Positions 1 through 14,277 of a stretch of DNA of 64,000 nucleotides are shown piece after piece. The stretch is taken from NCBI RefSeq assembly GCF_009914755.1, contig NC_060931.1, one strand, 5' to 3'. Every line of letters starts with the position of its first letter. The first letter of the stretch is position 1. A program made the translations under genes and the position numbers. The DNA comes from the human T2T-CHM13v2.0 reference genome, Homo sapiens. A model generated the notes under the pieces. The model worked only from the letters and a program-made list of their open reading frames with translations, was not told the origin of the DNA and made no database searches.

Positions 1-352
1 TCTCTCTCAAGTTCAAGGTTCCATAGATCTCTAGGGCAGGGGCAAAATGCCACCAGTCTCTTTGCTAAAGCATAGCAAGAATGACCTTTGCTCCAGTTCC
101 CAATCAGTTTCTCATCTCCATGTGAGATCACCCCAGCCTGTACTTCATTGTCCATATCACTATCAGCATTTTGCTCAAAACCATTTAACAAGTCTCTAGG
201 AAGTTCTAAACTTTCCCACATCTTCTTCTGAGCCCTCCAAACTGTTCTAACCTCAGCCCATTACCCAGTTCCAAAGTTGCTTCCACATTGTCAAATATCT
301 TTAGAGCAGTGCCCCAAACTCCTTGTACCAATTTCCTGTATTAGTCTGTTTT
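1..352 (-). mobile_element. MaLR (MST/THE1-type) internal 5' region plus last ~16 bp of the 5' LTR
   Basis: Minus strand reads AAAACAGACTAATACA (MST/THE1 LTR end) followed by GGAAATTGGTACAAGG...ATGTGGAAGCAACTTTGGAACTGGGTAATGG, the recalled start of THE1/MST-int. Confidence 0.8.
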
Positions 353-353
353 G

Positions 354-613
354 TTTTTTTTTTTTTTGACAGTGTGTTGATATATCACCCAGGCAGGAGT
401 GCAGTGGTAGGAACATGGCTCTTTACCCTCCTACTTCAGGGTCTGGTGCAGCTGGGACCACAGGCACACACCACTATTCCTGGCTGACTTTTTTTTATTT
501 TTTGTAGAGATGGGATCTCAGTTTGTTGCCCAGGCTGGTCTGAAGCTGCTGGGCTCAAGCCATACTCCAGCCTCAGCCTCCCAAAGTGCTGGGATTATGG
601 GTGTGCACCACCA
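354..613 (-). mobile_element. Degenerate AluJ-type SINE with internal deletion
   Basis: Poly-T, CCCAGGCAGGAGTGCAGTGG, linker TTTTTGTAGAGATGGG, GGGCTCAAG, CTCAGCCTCCCAAAGTGCTGGGATTA. Confidence 0.9.
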
Positions 614-639
614 CTTGAAACTATTGTTTTCCTTTTTTA

Positions 640-712
640 GAAACCTCAGTTTTTGCTCTTAATGCCTTCAACTGATTGAATGACGTCCACCGACACTACA
701 AAGAGTAATCCA
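640..712 (-). mobile_element. MLT2-like (ERVL) LTR fragment
   Basis: AAACCTCAGTTTTTGCTCTTAATGCCTTCAACTGATTGAATGA resembles the recalled MLT2 consensus (reverse strand). Confidence 0.5.
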
Positions 713-1501
713 TTTATTTATTTATGTATTTTTGCTCCATGGGAAATGTATAGCCTTCATTAAAAAAAATTCATAGTACTTTCAAAAATGCAAAAACAAG
801 AAGAGAAGAATTTAATAAAGATTGTATGTGATTAATAAAATAGAAAATGGAAAATTGTAAAAGCATAAGTGGATTCGAACATGGTTTCTTTGACTAATAA
901 TGCCAACAATATTCTTGACATTTTGATTACATAAATTAAAAAGAATAAAACCATATAAGATTTGGAATGACAAATAATCACAGGGAAAAATTGGATAAAT
1001 GAATCATAAAAGATTTCCAATAATATTTAAACTACTTCACTCCAAAAGAAATGACGCTATCTATGATGCGTATTTTAAAGCCTTTATAACAATAATAACA
1101 AAATCTAAAAAGACATGAATAGAAAAGCATAAGACAAATTATATTTCTTAATATAAAAATTTTAAATAATTATAAAGATTGAATGAATATTAGTAAATTG
1201 GATAAATAAAATTCAGCACTGGATTACAAAGTTAGTATACTACAACAAAAGTCTGTTATTTTGTATCAGAAAACTGGTCAATAAAACATTGAAAAAATAA
1301 ATATGTCTACCTTAGAATAATACAAATAGTTTCTCAAAGCTGTTTATGTTTATTCTATGATGCTGAGTCTTCTCATTCTCCTAGATGAAATTTATAGACA
1401 TTCTCATGACTTTTCAGGTCATTGTAGGTAATTAATATTCAGTATCCTTAAGTCCAGTTCAATGAAGTAATAAAAAGTTTAAATGTCATCAACTTTTTCA
1501 T

Positions 1502-1515
1502 CCTCATCTATCTTC

Positions 1516-1546
<31 letters not shown>

Positions 1547-1577
1547 TTTGAGACAGCCCCCTCATCTCTCTTCTTTC
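1502..1577 (-). mobile_element. Ultra-truncated poly(A) retro-insertion (Alu 3'-end-like) with 18-bp TSD
   Basis: CCTCATCTATCTTCTTTC (1502-1519) and CCTCATCTCTCTTCTTTC (1560-1577) flank a T-tract plus GAGACAG (= CTGTCTC-poly(A), the Alu terminus). Confidence 0.6.
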
Positions 1578-3723
1578 CCATTTCTGGACCACTGCAAGAT
1601 GGTCAAGTGGTATTGAAAGAACTGTGAGTGCATGGCTGCTTCTCATTTCCCCATCATTTACTTTTTCCATTGCCCAAATAAAGGACAGCAGAATTAACAG
1701 TTTCTTTTTTTACTGGACGAGAGGAGTTGGAGGGAGAGTAGGAAACAGTAAAGATTTTACTTGACTAGTGCTATTGTCAGGTGGCAAAGCCACCCCCAGG
1801 TTTGGAAGCTGTTTAAGCTCTAATGCTTTCTGACCTTCTTGCATCTGGTTCAGCTCTAATCCATAGAAAATACTTAACGAATCCTTTGCGCTCAAACTTA
1901 GGATACAAAAACCATCCAAAGCACCACTTCTGTTTTTCTCTATGTTGAGAGCATATTTGAAGCCAGTGCCCCTCACCTCCTTTATATTTCTCAGACATAA
2001 ATAGAAGACAAAGGAAGCTACCCTAATGATCCCACTGAAGCCCCTTTCCATGACTGGAGGTGACTGTGGGAGCCATACACCCTCTCCCTTGGAGACAGCA
2101 CTGCTTTCCCCTAAGAAATCACTTTAACCTGCCACAACCCAATGACTTTTATGGGCTGTAAGTAGCTGTTAAAAATATTGAAAAATGGATTTTCATCTCC
2201 TTATGTAAATAGATGATGTTAGTCTCACAATTCATTTTGCAATGTGAAAGCTGTTGTTTTGCAAACTAAGCAAAATCAGAGACAAAAATAGAGACAAAAA
2301 TAGTTACACTTTTAACCTTATAAATCTAATAATAAACATATAAATAGAATTGTGAAAATGGTTCATTTATAGCAGTAATTTTAAAAGCTATAAAAATAAT
2401 TTAAACAGACAGGAAGTAAGGAATAGAACAAAATACTCCAGATTTTTAACATGGGTTACCTGGTTAGAGAGGATGTGTGGAGAAATAAGTAAGTGGCGGA
2501 AGAAAAGGTAAGCGAGAGGCAAAAGAAAAAAAAAATCAACAGAAAAAGATTGCTCTAAAAACAACAACAAAAAAATACTCTTTCATACAAAATTATATAT
2601 TTGTGTGTGCATTTTTAAAAAAACGGTTAATTAGAATTTTATGTACTGACCTACAGGGTTGTTCTTGACATATTATTCAGTGAAAAAAATAAGTTGTTGG
2701 GTAGTATTTATATTATGATTCCATTTAGTAAACACACACACAAGGCTTAAAGCTTTATATATATACTTAAATGCAATATATATATATATATATAAAATAT
2801 AACATTTTAATACATTATATAACATACCATTCTTTGGGGTTTTTTGTATAAGTGAAGAGAAAGTTGCACAATGACACCCATGAGTTTATTATCATGGTTA
2901 TTCTTCACAAGTGGGATTGGCGGGAGGCTGTTGACCTTTCTCTTTATACAACATTGAATTGTTAAATTTAATGCATACATTGTTTTATTTTTAATTTTTT
3001 TAATTTTTATCTTTTAATTTTGAAATAAATTCAAACTAGAAGAAAATTTGCAAGAATGATACAAAGAACTCTCATGTATTATTTACCCAGATTTGTCACT
3101 TATTTATATTTAGCCTCATTTGTTTTTTCTTTCTGGCTCTTGTTCTCATGCTCTTCTTGCTCTTTTCCCCTCTCTCCAGACATACACACACATGCACACA
3201 CGCATGCACAAACACACACACACATAGTGCTATTATTCTTTTTCTGAATCATTAGGGAGTAAGTTGGAGTCATCATGCCTCTATTTCCTAAATAACTTCA
3301 TATTTTTTCTTTAAAAAGTAATATTTTCTTATATACCATGGTAAAATTATTAAAGTGTGAACAATTTAACCACAATGTTACACTATTATTTATTTCATTG
3401 TCCCAAATCAAAAATTTTAAATTATTCATCAGTCTTTTAAAACTATTTTAATTTTGTGAGGTTCAGGATTCACTCCAGGGTCATCGTATGGAGTTATGTC
3501 TCTTTCAGTCTCTTTTATTCTAAAAAAGTCCCTAGCGCTTCTTTGTCTGTATTCCCATTGACATTTTTGACAAGTTATTTTGTAAAATGTCCCTCAATTT
3601 TAATCTGTCTGATGTCTTCTCATGATTACATTTAGCTTATACAGTTTTGACAGAAACATTAAAAACGGTGTTTTATTCTTCTCATTGCTTCATGTTAGGA
3701 TGCACAGCAGGTCAGTTTGCCCC

Positions 3724-4918
3724 TGTGACAGAAGCACCCAAGAGAATCTCAGATATTCCCTTAAAAATTTCAAGAGACAAAGCATACAGTAGTACTTACA
3801 GCTAAAATTTATTACAGCAATGTAGTACAGACAAATGGTCGAATCAGAAGGGAAAAAGTCAGAATGGGGAGGAATTCACATGAAGCCTGTCTTCCTTATA
3901 CTCTCTGCCTCCCACGTGGGGTCACCCAGAGTGCACTTTTCCTCAGCAAAAAAATATAGTGTAGGGGAGAAAAAAAATTACATTAATATTTTTTCCTCAC
4001 CTTTTGCAAGTGCATAGCTGAGGCCCCATAACAGAAGATGAATTAACAAAAGAAAAGCATACAAATTTACTTAATATAAGTTTTACATGATATTGCAGTC
4101 TCCAGAAATGAAGACCCCCTAGAAACAGAAGAATCTGTGTATTTTTATGGACAGTCGTAGAGAAGTATTATTGGAGGACAAAAGGGTATGATCTCTGGTA
4201 ATAAACTGGGAGGAACTTAGCAAGGCCGGCTTGTTCAAATGCTTCTTGGCATCCCTGTGTAACATTCCTTCCATCTGGGCAGGGGAGGATACCTGTCAAG
4301 TGAAGGTCTTCAGAAGAGAAGGGAGGGTGGAAGGTTAAAGAATGACCTAGGTTTTATGGCCTACTTCAAAGAAGAAGGGAAAGGAGAAGGTAAGTGGACA
4401 TCCTGCTTCTGCTGTTTTCTTAAAGGCCAAGCTGCCATATTTTGGTGTAGCATGTCCTGAACCCCATCTGCAGCAACGTATGTGCAATATTTCTGCCTAG
4501 GGGAGCTCATTAGAGACTAAGCAGCTAAGATTTTTGTTTTTTAATTTAAGTAGTTAAGATTTTTATTTTTTATTCATAAACGTTTAATTTGTGAATGTGA
4601 TAATTAGTAGATATATTTTAATATTGTAAAAAAGAAAAAAATCTTATTTTTTATTTAAGATTTTATTTATTTATTTGTAGGCGCCCTCTACCTTACATGT
4701 ACACAAATTCTAGACTCTGAAGAGAAAAGCAGGCATTTAACATAACCATATTGTTTGCACGTGCAGTCTATGCACAGTGAACCCCACCATTATTATCAGT
4801 TAACTGTTGCCCAGGGAACATTTGGAGAGCCAAGTTCCCAGATGCTGGTGACTAACCTTGCAAGAAGCCTTTGTAAGGACAGCAGTCTCAGGCCATTATG
4901 TTAATTCCTTTCAGTACC
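3724..4918 (-). mobile_element. MER77/MER68-like ERVL-class solo LTR
   Basis: Minus strand begins GTACTGAAAGGAATTAACATAATGGCCTGAGACTGCTGTCCTTAC and ends TGTCACA; possible 5-bp TSD GCCCC/GACCC. Confidence 0.65.
3960..4469 (-). mobile_element. MER39/MER34-like ERV1-class solo LTR nested in the previous LTR
   Basis: Minus strand begins GATGGGGTTCAGGACATGCTACACCAAAATATGGCAGCTTGGC and ends CTCCCCTACA; same family as 15692-16138. Confidence 0.7.
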
Positions 4919-5249
4919 GACCCAATATTAATGATTTCAACCTTGATCACTTGGTAAAATGGGTCCCCCAGGTTTCTCCATTATGATGTGACTCTTTCCT
5001 TATCAACTGATAACCAATTTGTGGAGAATACCTTAAGACAATGAAAATATCCTATTCTCTAAAAATCTTTACCTACTGACTTTAGAGTCTTGTGATTTTC
5101 TTATGCCTTCATTGTGTCTATATGTATACTGGTTGACATTCTATTCCAAATAAGAGCTTTTCCTTTGTCCTCATATTTTAATTATACATTGATTTATTTG
5201 TGTTATTAGGGAGTCATAGATTTTTACATATTTTAGGATATGATTTACT

Positions 5250-6110
5250 GATTTCCACATATAACTTTATGAGTAATATTAGTCCATAGTTTATTTTCTT
5301 GTAATGATTTTCTCTGCTTTTGGCTTCCTAAAGATAGCTGGAAAATATTCCTTCCTCTTCTGTTATCTATATGATTTTGTGTGAAATTGATACTATTTCT
5401 TCTATAAACGTTTGGTCGAATTAACTAGTGAAGCCACAAGGGCTTTTAATTACAAATTTATGTTCATTAGTAGACAGTACCATTCAGAGTATCTATTTCT
5501 TCTTGAGTGAGCTTTACTAGTTGGACTCTTTCAGGGACTTTTTTTGTATAATATAAGTCATCAAATTTGTTGGTATAACATTTTAAAAAGATTTCATTAT
5601 CATCTTTATCATCTTTTTAGTGTCTGTAAAATAGTATGCATTTTGTTCCTTTTTATTACCTTATTGCAGTAGTTAGTATCTCTGCCACAAATTTGAATAC
5701 AAACAGTAGTAATAAGCATGCTTGTTTTAAACTCCAGACTTTAAGTGGAGTTTAAAGACAAACATTAGGGCTCCTTTCTCTATCTCTTTCTCCTTTCCAA
5801 AATTTCTTCATTCACTTTTCAGCTGTTTGGCATCCTATAACTTTATCCTCTAATGCCTCAAATCAGTAAAATGACGGATTTCTGTTTGACTTTCAGCTAT
5901 CTTCATCTTGTGAACTGGTAAGTGTCTTCAGGAAAAAAATTTACATAAGCACAAATGTCACTAAATGGAGTTTTTATCTATTTTATGCTGCAGTTTCTGC
6001 CTGTTTTTAGTCACTCACCAGTGCTTCAAATAGTTGTTTATAGATATTTTGAATAAAATGTATAATTATTATCTGTGGGAGTATATGCATTCATTACCAA
6101 AAATGGAACT
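5250..6110 (-). mobile_element. Old L1M fragments
   Basis: Degenerate antisense L1 ORF2 motifs, e.g. TTTGGTCGAATTAACTAGTGAAGCCA and ATTCAGAGTATCTATTTCTTCTTGAGT. Confidence 0.5.
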
Positions 6111-7654
6111 GCAAATATTACTTTTAAAATATAGAATATATCACATTAAAAAAGGAAAATAAAAAATTACATTTTATTGTATATTATGGTACTTAGTGCT
6201 TGTAGCAGTTTATGAGTTTAACTGGTTAAAGTAAATACTTGGAACGTTTTAAATTTATGAATGTGATAATTAGTATATATATTTTAATATTGTGAAAAAG
6301 AAGAAAATTAATTCAAATGCAGTAATGTCTTCCTCTGTTTAAACAGTATGGCTGACTCTGAAAGACAAGAAAAGGCCATAAAATCAACCCAAATACAATG
6401 TAAGCTACAAGTCATTGTGCTCTGTCACAAATATTGTTCTTTTGCATATAAAGTTATAAAAGATATTACTCTTTGCGAGGAAAATAAATGTCAGTCTTAA
6501 GAGAAAGATGACCTCCCCGGCATTAGCTGAAATTTTAATATGAAAATAAATATGCTTGGTAAGGGTTTCTTTATTTTTTTCACAAACTAAATTTTTGTTA
6601 GAGACAGACGTTTCCTAAGTAACTACCACTTCCAAGTGCTGAACTGTGACTAATTTACTTCACTTACTTAATAATAAATGGTTCCTTTGAGGATTTTTAT
6701 TTCTACTACTTAGATAGTAAACCAAAGGCACAGTGATAACAGTTTTCTCCAGTGGGAAGACAAAAGAGCTATCGCAACACTTTATTCAGTGAGAACTCAA
6801 TGGTATTCTTACTAGCGCCTATTTGCAAATCTCATATGACCATTCTGTGTTATCTTTCAGCAGCTGATAATTTAAATTTTCTAAATATTTTGTAGGTGAA
6901 CATAATCTTGGTGAAATCAAGGTCTAATAGTAAGTACAGAACCTCTGAGATAATGGAAGGATTTATGAAAATTTTAAAAAGGACTTTTTTCTCCCAGAAC
7001 CTGCAAGGAAATAACTTGTTTGCCTTGACATCTATGGATATCTCAATTGTTCCCAGTGACTGGTCAGAGCAAATTTTTCAGCTCAAATGTTCCAACAAAA
7101 CTAATTAGTTCTATGGTTTTTTTATATCTATAAATTCTGCATGTCTATATTTAGAATTTATTACAAGTTTCACATCCAGAGCTAAACTAAGTCATTATTT
7201 TAAAGCAGAATCCTTTAATAGCTCAGGTAAATATTATTCTCTCCAGGTATTACATCCCTTGAAGAAGCATACTTCACAAATTGTCCTCTGAATACAGAAT
7301 ATTTCACATAACCCAACTGACTGTAGTACAGCTATGAGTACTCTCTTAATTCTAACATTATTATTAATCTGTTTTATTTTTCACATAGGTGAATACGACA
7401 AAACTTCAAATCTTATTTATATTCATTGTAACAAGTTTTTTTCTGAGTGTTTTGAGGTTTTTTTTTCTTAACTCAGCAAACTCCTAATGATAATCAGAGT
7501 CTTTTTCTTAAAAATTAAGTGTAATAAGAATGAGGCCTTGTCAAAAAGATAAGTTTCTAATTATAAAAATTGTCTAGTATTGTACTCAGGACATAGTAAG
7601 GGCTTTAAAATGTACTGGGTGAATGTGTAAGATGATATATTAGCTAACAAATGA

Positions 7655-9933
<2,279 letters not shown>

Positions 9934-10027
9934 AAGAACTCATTTCATAACACTGTATTATATTTAAATGAGATAATAATAATCAGGTACAGTCCTTGTT
10001 GCTTAGAAAATATTGCTTTCTCTTCTT

Positions 10028-10351
10028 TTTAAATATTTAAAATATTGATTTAATATTTAAAATATTTAAAATATTGATTTAAATATTTAAGAAAATATTT
10101 AAATATTTAAATATTTAAGAAAATACTTAAATATTTAAATATTTAATAAAATACTTAAATAGTTAAATATTTAATAAAATACTTAAATAGTTAAATATTT
10201 AATAAAATACTTAAATAGTTAAATATTTAATATAAATGTTTAAATATTTAAATGTTTAATAAAAATGTTTAAATATTTAACAAAATATTTAAATATTTAA
10301 TAAAATGTTTAAATATTTAATAAAAATGTTTAAATATTTAAAATATTGATT
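10028..10351. repeat. AT-rich minisatellite built from AAATATTTA-like units with a 28-bp higher-order repeat
   Basis: ATACTT recurs at 10151, 10179 and 10207; the array starts and ends with TTTAAATATTTAAAATATTGATT. Confidence 0.95.
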
Positions 10352-10684
10352 GCTTTTCTTTGATGCTTGCCTTCTGGGTTTTTGTGTTTTTGTGTGTGTG
10401 GGTGTGTTTTTTATAAGTAATGATACCAGTGGTAAAAATTATGTACTTGTGATTCTTATGTTCCCAATAAAGAAACATGTAAATATCATAAATGAGATGT
10501 TTGTAGGGAATATATTGCAAAAATATATCTGTAAAAATTTAAATTAATTTAGACAAAAAAGTCATTTTCATACACACTAGGAAAATTGGAATAAATAATG
10601 TATAAATAAGTTTCATATTTTGATATGTAATCATTTTAACAGGTAGATTCATGGAAAAGGTATTCAGTAAAAATTTTAATCCAG

Positions 10685-10945
10685 GCTGGTCATGGTGACT
10701 TATATCTGTAATCCCAGCACTTCAGGAGGCCAAGGCAGGAGGACTGCTTGAGGCCAGGAGTTTGAGATTAGCCCGAGCAACACAGTGACACTGCATCTCT
10801 ACAATTTTTTTTTAAAGCCTAGCTACCCGAGAAGCTGAGATGGAAGGATCACTTGAGCCAAGAAATTTGAGGTTTCCGTGAGCTATGGTCATGCTACTGC
10901 ACTTCAGCCTGGGCAACGGAGCATGACCTTCTCAAAACAAAAAAA
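10685..10945 (+). mobile_element. AluJ-type SINE with deletion at the start of the right arm
   Basis: CTGTAATCCCAGCACTT, TGCTTGAGGCCAGGAGTTTGAGA, GTGAGCTATG, A-tail. Confidence 0.92.
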
Positions 10946-11381
10946 ATCTAAATTTCCTTTTATTCATCCTTGTTTTATCATAACATACATATGAGTCATT
11001 TATGTACACACACACATGAAGAAACTTTGAGGGAAATGAGAGAATATATGTGTTTATTAACATTGTCATAATTAGAAGGACAAAGTCTGATAAATAATCT
11101 GGAATAGGCTAGATACTCTTTATTATTCAGATAAGTCTCTGAAATTTTTATTGTCCTATTTAGTGTCTAAATATTACTGCCTTGAAAAATAAAATTATAA
11201 AAATCAAATGCCAACAAGATTCACTTAAAAGATCTCTGTATTTCCCCAGATCTACATGATAACAATTCCAAAGAGTAGTTGTGTTAAAGGAAGTTTCCTT
11301 AGAACATAGGAAGCATCTCTTACTGACTCAAGTTTATTGTCTTTGAAGGCCAGGATTTTCTGTGCAGTAAAGAGTATTTTG

Positions 11382-14277
11382 GGAAGAGGGTAATGTTGCA
11401 AGATTGCAAAAAAGAAATCTTTAGTGATCATCCCATCATAGAAACATCAATTTGAACAACTATACACTCACAAAAATCTTCAAAAAGGTAAAGTGAAACA
11501 GGTGCAAGACTACAGTACCTAGATATGCATAATAACAAAAAAGATGCATGGAAGAGGATAGGAGAACAGTGTTAGATTACACACATCATCCTTCTCCCAA
11601 CCACAGGTAGCACCACACTTAGAGATATGCTGTCTGCTTGGGGGAAGGAGAGGCAAGTAAGCAGAGGACTTTTTCTTGGACCCTAAAACCAGGCCTGCCA
11701 CAGAAAAGCCCATCATCAGGCAGACTCCCATGACCCCTGATTCCAGGCAAGTACCTGTGGAATGACCTCCAGACCTGCCCCAGTGCCAGGGGCTACCCAT
11801 AGCTCCTGAAAGGCAGACACAATCTGCAGCTGACATCACTACTTACTGACTACAGCAGTGTTCAGCTCTGGACAAATCTCAATGGACGATAGGCTTCAGA
11901 AGCCAGGAGTCTTTGGGCTTGCTCAAGCACTATGCCAGCCTCAGCAGCCACAAGGTTTCCAATCCTACCCCCAGCAGACATAGTGGTCCCAGGCTTAGGG
12001 TTCCCCCAGTGCTGCAATGGCTAAGCTGTCCTTGGCATAGGGACCATACGAGATGGCCTGCCAAGGATCTCTGGACAAGCTTACTATTAAAGGGTGCTGC
12101 CAGACAAAGCCAGTCTACAAAAACAAGTATAAGTACCTAATTTTTCAAGTGCACAGACATCTATGCATGGCCACAAGGATCAAGATCAAACAGGGAAAGG
12201 TGACAGCACCAGAGACAAAATAAAATGCCAGTGACTAAGCCTACAGAAATGGAGATGCATGAAAGCCTGACAAAAATACTGTTTTATAGAAGCTAAGGAA
12301 ATTTCCATAAAATGCAGAGAAACAATTCAAACAAATAAGGAAAACAATAAGTGATTATAATTAGAAATATAAGGGAAGATTGAAATAATTTTTTAAAAGC
12401 AAAAATCTTAGAGCTGAAAAATACAATGAACAAATGAAAAAATGCAGTAGAGAACATCAACAGCACTTGATTAAACGGAAGAAGGAATCTGAAAACTCAG
12501 ACAGGTTATTTGAAAATATACAGTTAGATATTTTTTAAAAGAAAAACGTAATGAGAAAGAATAAAGCAGACATGCAGGATTTATGTGACAGAATCAAAAG
12601 AGCAATTTTTATGAGTTATTGAAATTCAAGAGAGAGAAGAAAGATAAAGGTGTAGAAACCTTATCTAAAGAAATAATAGGGAACTTTTCAAAACTGAAGA
12701 AAGATATAAATATCCAGGCACAGGAAAGTTTGAAGTCTTCAATCAAATTCAATCTAAATAAGACTACCCCAAGACATATTATAATAAAACTGTCAAAAAT
12801 CAAAACAAAGAATCATGAAAGCAGAGAGAAGCAAATAGCATATAAGGCAGTTTTAGTACAACTACAAGCCAACTTCTTTATAGAAATCCTACAAGCCAGG
12901 AGATAATGGAATGATATATATAACATACTGAAAAATAAGGTGCCAGTCAAGACTGTGGTATCCAGGAAAGCTTTCCTTCAGAAATGAAGCAGAGACAAAG
13001 ACTTTCCCAGACAAACAAAATCTGAGGGAGTTCATCATCTCACCTGTCTTATAAGAAATGCTAATGAAAAATCACTTTACCATAAAGGAAGAGGAAAGGA
13101 ACAAAGGCGCTACTAAGCAGCTAGTAAGCAATTAACAAAATGGCAGTAGTAAGTCCCTACCTATCAATAATAACATTGAATATCAAGGGATTAAATTCTT
13201 CAAACCAAAAATATAGCATGACTGAATAAATTGAAAACAAGAACCAACTATATGTTGCCTACAAGAGACTCATTTTATCCGTAATGACATATATAGATTG
13301 AAAGTGAAGGTGCTGAAAAAAAAAATACTCCATGTCAGTAGAAACCAAAAGGGAACAGAAGTACCAATTTTTATATCAGATAAACAAAACTTTATGTCAA
13401 AACTGTAAAAAGAAACAAATAAGTTTTTTATGTAATAAAAGAGTTAATACAGCAAGAGAATATCACAGTGGTAAATACATATATATATAAATACATGTAA
13501 ATACATATATGTGTGTGTCTGTATATATATATAAATAAAGTATCATTTCTCACCACAAGAATTTGAAAGCAGAAATCTATACAGAAGGAATTCTGGAAAA
13601 TTTAGAAACACATGAAACACATGGAAATTAATGAATTGCTCTTAAAACACAAATGAGTCAAAGAATAAATTAAAGGGGAAATTTAAAAATAAATGGAGGC
13701 AAATGAACCTAGAAACACAACATACCAAAACCTATGTAATACAGCAAAATCAGCTCCAAGAGGAAAGCTTATAGCAATAAATATCTATATCAAAAAAGAA
13801 AAAAGCTCTCAAAGAAGCAATTTAACATTTCACCTGAAGGAACTAAAAGAAAAAAAAAAACAAGAACAAACTAAGTCAAAAATTAATAGAAGGAAAAAAA
13901 TAATATAGGGTCAGAGCAGAATGTAAAAAAGTTGATCCCATAGAAATAAAGAGTAAAATGGTTGTTGGTAGAGGCTGGGGCATTTTGCAAGTAGGGACTT
14001 GGGAGGATGTTGGTCAAAGGACACAAATTACAGTGAGATGGAAGGAATAAAGAGATCTATTGTACAGCATGGTTACTGTAGTTAGTGATGATATTTTTTA
14101 TTGTTAAAAGATGCTAACACAGTGAGTAAGTGTTCTCACCACAAAAATGGTAACTATGTGAGGTAATGCATATATAATTAGGTAGATTTAACCATTTCAT
14201 AATGTATGTACTCTTCAAAACATCCTGTTGTTCATGATAAATACATGCAATTTTATCTGACAATTTAAATAATAAAG
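11382..14277 (+). mobile_element. Old L1MA-type LINE-1: 5' UTR, ORF1, ORF2 endonuclease, then direct jump to 3' UTR (RT deleted)
   Basis: ORF1 remnants (KTTPRHIIIKLSK, 12619-12906), ORF2 remnant (TTYQNLCNTAK, 13693-13908), L1MA 3' UTR CTCACCACAAAAATGGTAACTATGTGAGGTAATG. Confidence 0.8.

Larger units (their letters stand above)
2990..5230 (-). mobile_element. Old L1MC-type 3' region, interrupted by nested LTRs at 3724-4918
   Basis: TTTTGAAATAAATTCAAACTAGAAGAAAATTTGCAAGAATGATACAAAGAACTC...ACCCAGATT is typical of L1MC4/5 3' ends; similarity resumes after 4919. Confidence 0.55.
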
